Below, piece by piece: positions 28,985-36,647 of a stretch of DNA of 64,000 nucleotides. A model generated the notes under the pieces. That model saw only the letters and a program-made list of their open reading frames with translations. It was not told where the DNA came from and did not search any database. Each line of letters opens with the position of its first letter. Within the stretch, counting starts at the first letter, position 1. The stretch comes from Chryseobacterium sp. (lineage in GTDB: Bacteria > Bacteroidota > Bacteroidia > Flavobacteriales > Weeksellaceae), in assembly GCF_036650535.1 (NCBI RefSeq), contig NZ_JAVVZM010000008.1:16334-80333 (forward strand), written 5' to 3'. The position numbers were made by a program, and so were the translations under genes.

Positions 28985-29836
28985 ATGGATAAAATGAATG
29001 CTTTAGAAAAGTTCGGAGTTGATGTTTTTACGCAACACAATATTTTCGAAAGAATATCTGTGGATAAACCCTTCCGTCCGGATAATCCTGCTTTTATCTT
29101 TATTAAAAGCGGGTCTATAAAACTTCGTCAACATTTTAATGATCTTGAGCTTACGGCAAATACGTTCATGGTAACAGATCCGCAAACGGTTTATGAGATG
29201 ATCTCTGTGAGTGATGATTTCCAGTCGAGAATGGTTTCTTATAAGCGTGAATTTATTTCTGCTTTATCATTGAAATTCAATAGGTTAATTACTTATCGGT
29301 ATTTCCGTCAGCAAATGAATGTGGGGGTTCCTTTTTCTAAAGATGATTTAGATTTAATTTGGAAAAGCGTCAATTTTTTAAAATCTATCTTAGATTCTGA
29401 AACTGAAATGACTTACAAAAAAGAGATCGTAGAGCATCTTTTTTCAGTTTTTTGTTATCAGATTGCTGGAATTATTTCTAATGAAGACAACAGCGCAATG
29501 AATCAAATGTCGAGACAGGAAGAAATTGTTTTTGTTTTTCTAAATGATCTCTCGTCTCATCATTTGAATAACAGAACGGTGGAGTTTTATGCCGAGCGGC
29601 AGTCGATTACAACCAGACATCTTTCATCAGTAGTAAAATCGGTGACAGGAAGGTCAGCAAGCCAAATCATTGCTTCTATAGTTATCAATGAAGCAAAAGT
29701 GTATTTGAACTCTTCTAAAATGCCTGTTTCAGAGATTTCTACAATCCTTGGTTTTAGTGACCAATATTCATTTTCACACTTTTTTAAGAAACATTTAGAG
29801 CTGAGCCCGAGTCAGTACAGACAACAATATCAATAA
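28985..29836 (+). CDS. AraC-family transcriptional regulator
   Basis: C-terminal double HTH (VEFYAERQSITTRHLS...LGFSDQYSFSHFFKK). Confidence 0.93.
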   Translation: MDKMNALEKFGVDVFTQHNIFERISVDKPFRPDNPAFIFIKSGSIKLRQHFNDLELTANTFMVTDPQTVYEMISVSDDFQSRMVSYKREFISALSLKFNRLITYRYFRQQMNVGVPFSKDDLDLIWKSVNFLKSILDSETEMTYKKEIVEHLFSVFCYQIAGIISNEDNSAMNQMSRQEEIVFVFLNDLSSHHLNNRTVEFYAERQSITTRHLSSVVKSVTGRSASQIIASIVINEAKVYLNSSKMPVSEISTILGFSDQYSFSHFFKKHLELSPSQYRQQYQ

Positions 29837-29928
29837 CCAAATCCTACATTTGAACATCTTTTTCCAAAATTCAAACATTTGTTTGAACCTATGCTTCGCC
29901 TAACTTTGCATCTGTAAAGAAAGGTAAA

Positions 29929-31239
29929 ATGGTAAAAAACATAAAAACAGCTCTATCAGTTCTGATAGGTCTTTTTCCTGCGCTGTTTTTTTCACAAGAA
30001 ATAAAACAGATGACAGTGGATGAAGTTGCCCAATTGGCAATTCAAAATCATCAGCAACTTAAAGTTTCAGCTCAGAATATCGATATTGCAAAACAGCAGA
30101 AAGATATTACCAAGCTTCAGAAACTTCCTACAATTACAGCATCTACAAGCCAATTTTATTTGGGAAATGTAATTGCAATCGATAAAGATTTTTCCAATTC
30201 AACCACGATTCCGATGCCGCATTACGGAAGTTCGTATGGTGTTCAGGCGACTCAACTCATTTTCAAAGGAGGATTGGTGAATAAATCTATCGAGTTGGCA
30301 GGACTTCGTGAGCAGCTTTCAGAATTAGATTTTCAGAGTAGAAAACAGGATATCAAGTTTTTGGTGATTTCTAATTATTTAGATATTTATAAAATTTTAA
30401 ATCAGGAAGTTGTTATTCAAAACAATAAAAAGCTGGCTCAGGAAAGGCTGAAAAATATTCAGAAGTTTTATCAGCAAGGAATGGTCACCAGAAATGAAGT
30501 GATTCGTGGTGAATTGGCGATTAAAAATTTAGACCAAGGAATGTTAACCTTAGTCAATAACAGAAAGATCCTCAATTATAATTTGAATATCGCTTTAGGA
30601 TTAAATTCCGAAACTCAAATTATTCCCGTAGAAAATTTAGGCAATAAAGAAACCGGAATCGGCATGGATTATTATCTGAATTTAGCTCATGATAGCAATC
30701 CACAAATGAAATCTGCAAAAACAAATATTGCTGTTGCCGATAAAAATTTAGATGTTATTAAAACTGATAAAATGCCGACACTTTCAGGTTTTGGAGGATA
30801 TACTTTGCAAAGACCAATTACAACAAGAAACCCTGTTTTGGATATGTATTCGAGCGGTTGGCAAGGCGGTGTTTCTTTGAGTTATAATATTGATAATTTA
30901 TATAAAACCAAAGAAAAAGTGAAGCTTGGTGAACTGCAGAAAAACCAGGCAAATGATGCAATGACTTTGGTGCAACAGAATCTTGATATGACAGTGAATG
31001 CAGCGTACACAAAATATCAGGAAGCGATTCAGCAAACTGCAATTCTGAATGATGCTAAAAGTTTGGCAGAAGAAAACTACAAAATTACAGAAGCTAAATA
31101 TCTTAATCAACTGGCTGTACAAGCTGAGATGATTGATGCACAACTTCAAAAAATACAGTCGGAATTGGATTTGGCAAATGCAGAAATCAATATTCTATAT
31201 CAATATTATAATCTGTTGAAATCAACAGGAACGCTTTAG
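29929..31239 (+). CDS. TolC-family outer-membrane efflux protein
   Basis: Signal peptide, two OEP-like repeats; TAACTTTG -7 box at 29901-29908. Confidence 0.92.
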   Translation: MVKNIKTALSVLIGLFPALFFSQEIKQMTVDEVAQLAIQNHQQLKVSAQNIDIAKQQKDITKLQKLPTITASTSQFYLGNVIAIDKDFSNSTTIPMPHYGSSYGVQATQLIFKGGLVNKSIELAGLREQLSELDFQSRKQDIKFLVISNYLDIYKILNQEVVIQNNKKLAQERLKNIQKFYQQGMVTRNEVIRGELAIKNLDQGMLTLVNNRKILNYNLNIALGLNSETQIIPVENLGNKETGIGMDYYLNLAHDSNPQMKSAKTNIAVADKNLDVIKTDKMPTLSGFGGYTLQRPITTRNPVLDMYSSGWQGGVSLSYNIDNLYKTKEKVKLGELQKNQANDAMTLVQQNLDMTVNAAYTKYQEAIQQTAILNDAKSLAEENYKITEAKYLNQLAVQAEMIDAQLQKIQSELDLANAEINILYQYYNLLKSTGTL

Positions 31240-31260
31240 CAATTTTTAATTATAGAAAAA

Positions 31261-31421
31261 TTTAAACGCAAAGTTTTAAGATTCATGAAAATAAATAAAG
31301 TGGGCAAAGATGAATCAACAAGTTGATTTTATAAAGCTCCTGCATAAGCTTTGCGAAGCAAATTTATTTGCCTTTGCAGACTTAAAATCTCATGTCTTAG
31401 AATAAAATCTTTGCGTTTAAA
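31261..31421. repeat. ~160-bp palindromic dispersed element, copy 1
   Basis: TTTAAACGCAAAG ... CTTTGCGTTTAAA termini; internal core shared with 38553-38715. Confidence 0.75.
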
Positions 31422-31528
31422 AAATCAAAACAGAAATCTTTTTTAAGTGAAACGGCTTTGTGAAAATTAAAAAGCATTTAATAATAAAAACTCTGTGAAC
31501 TTCGTGTTCAAAAACATACATCAAAACA

Positions 31529-32635
31529 ATGGAAAACATGGAACAAAATACTCAAGATACACAACCTGCAGTTTCAAATGCAGAAGCTAAGAAAAAACAA
31601 AATAAAAAGAATAAAATAAGAGCCATCCTTTCAAATATCATCGTTTTTCTGGTGATTGGTTTGGGTTTATTCTGGCTAATTCGTGAATACTTTCATATTG
31701 GTGATAAAACGTATACCGAAGCTGCTCAAGTGGAGGAATTTATTAATCCAATCAACACAAGAGTTTCGGCTTATATCAAGGAAATTAGATTCATCGAACA
31801 TCAACAGGTAAAAAAAGGTGATACTTTGGTGATTTTAGATAAGAGAGAAATTCTTACTCAATTGGGTCAGGCTGAAGCGGCTTATCAAAATGCTTTAGCG
31901 CAAAAAACAGCAACAAGTTCATCGGTAAACACGGTTTCGAACAACGTAAGTGTTATGGAATCTAATATTGCCGGAGCAAAAGCCAGACTTTGGAATGCCG
32001 AACAGAATTTAAACCGATACAAAAATCTTTTAGCTTCAGAAGCAGTTACAAAACAACAATTTGACCAGGTGAAAACAGAATATGATGCTCAAAAAGCGGC
32101 GTATGAAACCTTGGTTAATCAGAAGCAGACGGCCAATCTTTCTACAACTGAAGTAAAAAGCAAATTAGGAATTAACGATGCGGAAATCAAAAGAACAAAA
32201 TCTGCATTGGAAATGGCTAAAATCAATCTTTCTTATACCGTAATTACTGCGCCTTACGACGGAGTAATGGGAAGAAGATTGATTGCTGAAGGACAACTGA
32301 TTCAACCAGGGCAACAAGTAGGAACAATCGTTTTGAATAATCAAAAATGGGTAACCGCAAACTTTTTAGAAAGTCAAATGCCCAATATTAAGATAGGACA
32401 AAAAATGAAAATGACAGCCGATGCTTTAGGTAAAAAAGAATTTGAAGGTACAGTAACGGCGGTCTCTGCAGCTACGGGTTCTAGATATTCAAGTGTTCCG
32501 ACAGATAACTCTACCGGTAACTTCATAAAAGTACAGCAGAGAATTCCGGTAAGAATTGAGTTTACAGCATCCAATAAAAAGGAAGATATCGCTAAGCTTA
32601 GTGCAGGGATGAATATGAATGTTTCAATTAATTAA
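31529..32635 (+). CDS. HlyD-family (EmrA-like) membrane fusion protein
   Basis: TM anchor, lipoyl-like halves, hairpin, and ATGSRYS...NSTGNFIKVQQRIPVRI. Confidence 0.94.
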   Translation: MENMEQNTQDTQPAVSNAEAKKKQNKKNKIRAILSNIIVFLVIGLGLFWLIREYFHIGDKTYTEAAQVEEFINPINTRVSAYIKEIRFIEHQQVKKGDTLVILDKREILTQLGQAEAAYQNALAQKTATSSSVNTVSNNVSVMESNIAGAKARLWNAEQNLNRYKNLLASEAVTKQQFDQVKTEYDAQKAAYETLVNQKQTANLSTTEVKSKLGINDAEIKRTKSALEMAKINLSYTVITAPYDGVMGRRLIAEGQLIQPGQQVGTIVLNNQKWVTANFLESQMPNIKIGQKMKMTADALGKKEFEGTVTAVSAATGSRYSSVPTDNSTGNFIKVQQRIPVRIEFTASNKKEDIAKLSAGMNMNVSIN

Positions 32636-32650
32636 AATTAACGACTAAAA

Positions 32651-32737
32651 GATTTCAGATATCAGATTCCAGACTTGGTGTATGAAAAAATGAAGAATGC
32701 TGGAAATCTGATGTCTAATATCTGAAATCTAATATCT
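32651..32737. repeat. Heptad-repeat hairpin (ATTTCAG/ATATCAG ... ATCTGAT/ATCTGAA)
   Basis: 7-bp periodic arms that are reverse complements of each other, between hlyD and the MFS gene. Confidence 0.65.
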
Positions 32738-32745
32738 ATAAAAAA

Positions 32746-34338
32746 ATGTATAACAAAGGTCTTTTCAGCGATTGGGTTCCAAAGCCTGTTCAGCTGTTAC
32801 TTATAGTTTTGATGCTTGTGGTCGTAATGCCTTTAGGAGGTGTTTATGCTGGGAATATCAGCTTTATGACGAGCGGAACCGGTCATCTTACTGAATATTT
32901 TATGTGGGCAAATTATGCCACAACTATTGGGATGGGAGCTTGTATGCCGGTTGTTCTCAGGTTCAAAATGAGATATAAAGTGCGTGATAAAGTGGTGCTT
33001 TTATTGGTGCTCTTAGGCTTGTTAAGTTACATCAATGGGACTACCATGGAACCTGCAATTATCATTGTAAGTGCTTTGGCTATTGGATTTTTAAAAATTA
33101 TGATCACCATCGAGCTTTTTCTTCCGTTGATGGTCATCATGGGTGGAAGAGGGGTTTTCTACGGTGTATTTTATACATTCGTTTTAACTTTGACGCAGAT
33201 CTCCGGTTACTATGCGGTAGAAATTTCGATGCTCTATAATTGGCAGCAGTTTTTCATCATTGCGTCACTACAGTGTTTTGCGATGGCTTTAATTTGCTGG
33301 ATTTTTATGCATAATAAATATTTTGCTTTAAAAGTTCCGTTGCATTATATCGATTGGCTGAGTATTCTTTTATTTGTTTCTACTTTCATGTTTTCGGCGT
33401 ATGTTTTTTCATTTGGAAAACAGCAGGATTGGTTGAATTCTACGAGAATTATCAATGCGAGTATTGCTGCGTTTGTTAGTTTTGCTTTGTTGGCAATTCG
33501 TCAAATGACCTTGAAAAGACCTTATTTGTCATTCAAAATTTTCAAGCGAAACAATGTTCAAAACGGATTGTTTTTACTGTTTTGTTTAGGAATGTTTTTA
33601 GGAACTGCTTCAATTCAGAATATTTTTTCAGTCGGAGTTTTAGGATATGACCAATTGACAAATGCTAAACTGAATTTAATGATGATTCCCGGATTAATTC
33701 TTGCCGGAATTGTCGCTGTTTATTGGTTTAAAAAAGAAAAGCCTCTCAAAATGTTCATCTTTTCAGGATTTTCTGCGATGATAGGGTATACCATTATTAT
33801 GTACTTTTCAATGGTGCTCGAATTCAATTATGAAAGTTGGTATTTGCCGATGTTTCTGAAAGGTTTTGGGATGGGATCGCTCTTTATTTCAGTGTGGTAT
33901 TATACTTTAGATAAGCTTGAACTCGATGATATGTTAGCTGCCATCGGATTGGTTTTGGTTTGGCGTACATTTCTTGCGGTAGGGTTTTTCTCAGCTTTAT
34001 TTTCGTGGTTTCAATATCAGTTTCAGATTGAAAGTTTAGGGAATTTAGCGGTTTATTTAGATGGAATGACGCTTACTTCACAAAATCTTTCAGCCAATTT
34101 AAAAAGTATTCAGCTTAATGCGATTCTTTCAGCCAACAAGAAAATTTCCGGTTACATCATTGTTGCAGGTTTTGGAATTTTACTGTTTGTTTTAACCCAT
34201 CATTTTGGGGAAGAAAAATTCAAATACCCAAGACTGATAAGACTCATCAGCGGAAAATCGGTCATTGCCAGAAGAAGATTACAAGAACGCAAAAGATTAT
34301 TAGAAGAAATAAAAGATGCGGCAGGACCTGTCATCTAA
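32746..34338 (+). CDS. MFS efflux transporter (EmrB-like, Bacteroidota type)
   Basis: About 14 hydrophobic segments; third gene of the tolC-hlyD-MFS cluster. Confidence 0.85.
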   Translation: MYNKGLFSDWVPKPVQLLLIVLMLVVVMPLGGVYAGNISFMTSGTGHLTEYFMWANYATTIGMGACMPVVLRFKMRYKVRDKVVLLLVLLGLLSYINGTTMEPAIIIVSALAIGFLKIMITIELFLPLMVIMGGRGVFYGVFYTFVLTLTQISGYYAVEISMLYNWQQFFIIASLQCFAMALICWIFMHNKYFALKVPLHYIDWLSILLFVSTFMFSAYVFSFGKQQDWLNSTRIINASIAAFVSFALLAIRQMTLKRPYLSFKIFKRNNVQNGLFLLFCLGMFLGTASIQNIFSVGVLGYDQLTNAKLNLMMIPGLILAGIVAVYWFKKEKPLKMFIFSGFSAMIGYTIIMYFSMVLEFNYESWYLPMFLKGFGMGSLFISVWYYTLDKLELDDMLAAIGLVLVWRTFLAVGFFSALFSWFQYQFQIESLGNLAVYLDGMTLTSQNLSANLKSIQLNAILSANKKISGYIIVAGFGILLFVLTHHFGEEKFKYPRLIRLISGKSVIARRRLQERKRLLEEIKDAAGPVI

Positions 34339-34496
34339 AAATACTTTGTTTTTACTTGTAAAGCCTCGTTTTATTAATGAAATTCATTAGATAAAGTTTC
34401 ACAACCAAAGGTAAAGTTGAAAAATCAAATTAATGATAAACAAAAATTGGTAGAGCTTTTGGTTTAACAAAGACTATATTGCTAAAATTATTTGAG

Positions 34497-34540
34497 AAAA
34501 AAGAAAAGGCATTAGTTTAAACTAATGCCTTTTCTTTTTT
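34497..34540. terminator. Perfect 44-bp palindrome overlapping the methyltransferase stop; probable bidirectional terminator
   Basis: AAAAAAGAAAAGGCATTAGTTT|AAACTAATGCCTTTTCTTTTTT, two 22-bp arms with no mismatch. Confidence 0.75.
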
Positions 34541-35809
34541 GGTGATTTTTTCACAAAGAGTTATTCCTATTTTTTCTATAACTCCTACAACAAGTGCATT
34601 ACCCATAAAAAAAGCTCTTTTTGTATCTGTAATTCCGTTAAGTTTGGTATGTTCATCGGGAAACATATTTAGTCTTTCCAATTCAACGGGCGAGAGTCTT
34701 CTTAATCCTTTTGGAGTTTGAATAACATGCTTAAATCTGGAAGCAGACTTTCCTCCTTCTCCGGTAATAATAGTTCTTGACGGTTTGTCTAAAGGGTCTG
34801 GAAAAATCATTCCGCCTTCACTATAATTATATTCGAAGCCTTCAGCATTTTTACGGATTTCTTTTTTAGAACCTTTAAGGTAATTCCATTTATCCAAATC
34901 TTCAGCGTTAATGTAAAAGTCTTCAGTAATTTCTCCGTTTTGTATGATATCTTTTAAAACAATAGATTTTCCTTCGTAGCTTGGTTTTGTTTTGATGGTT
35001 GTGATTTTTCCATTAATCATCAATCCAGAATTTTCAAACAGACCTATCTTACCATTTTTATTAAAATTCTCTGATATTGAAACGATGTCTCCTACCAAGT
35101 CAAACTCTTTTGGAGATAAAGAGTTCTCTACAGTTACCGGAAAAGATGAAGCTAGAGTTCCATCTTCTAAAATCCATTCAATAGCCTTTGTTTTATTTAA
35201 ACTTTTATAAATATCAGTTCCTTTAAGATAAGCTAAAATGAAAATTCTTCTTCTTCTCTGAGGCATCCCAAAATCTGCAGCATTAATTACTCGCCATTCT
35301 ACAGCATATCCCAATTGGTCTAAGCTTTTTAAGATAATAGCAAAGTCTCTACCTCTTTGTGCTGATGGAGAAATTAAAAGTCGATCAACGTTTTCAAGAA
35401 ATAAATATTTGGGTTTGTTTTCTTTTTCTGAAAGTATTTTATGAATAGACCACCATAAGACACCTTTTTTTCCAATTAATCCTTTAGAGTTTTTCAAAGT
35501 TGTTGCAACTGAGTAATCTTGACAGGGGAAACCTCCAACCAATAAATCGTGGTCAGGAATATCTGAAATATCTACGGTTGCTATGTCTTGATTTGAATGA
35601 TGGCCTATACCAAAACGATTTTCGTAAACCGCAGATGCGTGTTGTACTTTTGTAGATGGTTCCCATTGATTACTCCAAACTACCTCATAATTTTTTTCTA
35701 GAGGATTTTTATAATTGGTAGATGAAGATTTTCCTTCCCAACCTTCTAGTCCCAGTCTGAAACCTCCAACGCCTGCAAAAAGCTCTACTACTTTTATCTT
35801 ATTTTTCAT
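34517..35809 (-). CDS. DNA (cytosine-5) methyltransferase, M.Sau3AI-like
   Basis: Motif I ELFAGVGGF, IV GGFPCQDYS, VI ENV, VIII QRRRR, X MGNALVV. NQWEP, ENVDRLL and QRGRDF segments recall M.Sau3AI (GATC). Confidence 0.93.
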   Translation of the reverse strand: MKNKIKVVELFAGVGGFRLGLEGWEGKSSSTNYKNPLEKNYEVVWSNQWEPSTKVQHASAVYENRFGIGHHSNQDIATVDISDIPDHDLLVGGFPCQDYSVATTLKNSKGLIGKKGVLWWSIHKILSEKENKPKYLFLENVDRLLISPSAQRGRDFAIILKSLDQLGYAVEWRVINAADFGMPQRRRRIFILAYLKGTDIYKSLNKTKAIEWILEDGTLASSFPVTVENSLSPKEFDLVGDIVSISENFNKNGKIGLFENSGLMINGKITTIKTKPSYEGKSIVLKDIIQNGEITEDFYINAEDLDKWNYLKGSKKEIRKNAEGFEYNYSEGGMIFPDPLDKPSRTIITGEGGKSASRFKHVIQTPKGLRRLSPVELERLNMFPDEHTKLNGITDTKRAFFMGNALVVGVIEKIGITLCEKITKKEKALV

Positions 35810-36125
35810 TGTTTACATTTTTTAAGTACTTAATTTTTTCTTCTGCAACTTTCAAAATACTTAAGTCTGCTTTTTCGTCCAAAATTTTATAAGCGATTTG
35901 GTCACTCAAAAAACTATTCAGTAAGTCTTGTTCATTACACTCAAAAAATACACCTAGTTGTTTTATAATTTGCTTTGTAGGAGGTCTTTCGTTACGCTCA
36001 ATTTTTGCAAGTAATGAAGTATCAATACAAATTTTTTCGGCCACACTTTTAAGTGTCATGCCTTTTTTTTCGCGTAAATTTCTAAGGTGTTCTCCAAAAG
36101 AAATTGTACTTTCAACCCTTTTCAT
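35799..36125 (-). CDS. XRE-family HTH regulator (controller-protein-like), stop overlapping the methyltransferase start
   Basis: FGEHLRNLREKKGMTLKSVAEKICIDTSLLAKIERNER HTH; 11-bp overlap with the MTase. Confidence 0.9.
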   Translation of the reverse strand: MKRVESTISFGEHLRNLREKKGMTLKSVAEKICIDTSLLAKIERNERPPTKQIIKQLGVFFECNEQDLLNSFLSDQIAYKILDEKADLSILKVAEEKIKYLKNVNNEK

Positions 36126-36128
36126 TTG

Positions 36129-36179
36129 GTCAATATTTGTCCAAATATACTGCTAATTTTTCAACGAACAAATATTGAC
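36129..36179 (-). promoter_or_regulatory. Promoter of the XRE-MTase operon flanked by a 12-bp inverted repeat (candidate operator)
   Basis: Minus strand TTTG (36172-36169), 19-nt spacer, TATATTTG (36149-36142). GTCAATATTTGT (36129-36140) and ACAAATATTGAC (36168-36179) are exact inverted repeats. Confidence 0.7.
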
Positions 36180-36647
36180 AAAACGTTTTTAATGTAAGAA
36201 AAAACTGTTTTTTTATAACTGTTTGGTGGGCTGTATGATAAGATAAAGTCAAATGTTTTTCCAATTCGTTTTTCTATTCTCTTTACAAATTTCTCGCCAC
36301 AAGACAATCCTGAATTGAGTATATATTCATGTAGTAATTGACGATTGCTCCATAGAATCTCCAAAAGCGTGTCTTAATCTTCGGTATTGACGTTTAGAAT
36401 AATCCCATTTATCGTTTTGCATCTTTATAATAAAAAGAGTAGGAATATTTCAGAAATACGCGTATGGCTTTTGTAAATTTTTGTTTATTAGTGGTTTGTA
36501 GCATTTTTTCGAAAGTGGCTTTTATTTATATATTTAATGAAACTCAAACATACACAATGAAGATGGTATATAACTTTTACAATCCCAATCTTTACTATTT
36601 CCTACAATCAGGATATTCTCTACATTTGTTTTTGTAATCCACACAAT

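Noticed and set aside
29845-29890. TTTGAAC/TTCAAAC repeats upstream of the tolC promoter as an AraC operator
   Set aside because: Plausible given the adjacent AraC gene, but short and AT-rich, and not supportable without comparative data.
34381-34467. 28 open codons (NSLDKVSQ...KLVELLV-stop) converging on the MTase, possibly the tail of a deleted gene
   Set aside because: Too short, no start codon and no motif; open stretches of this length occur by chance.
36161-36364. 67-aa minus-strand ORF upstream of the XRE gene as a nuclease remnant
   Set aside because: No recognisable motif, and its 3' end runs over the XRE promoter/operator; it cannot be distinguished from a chance ORF without a search.
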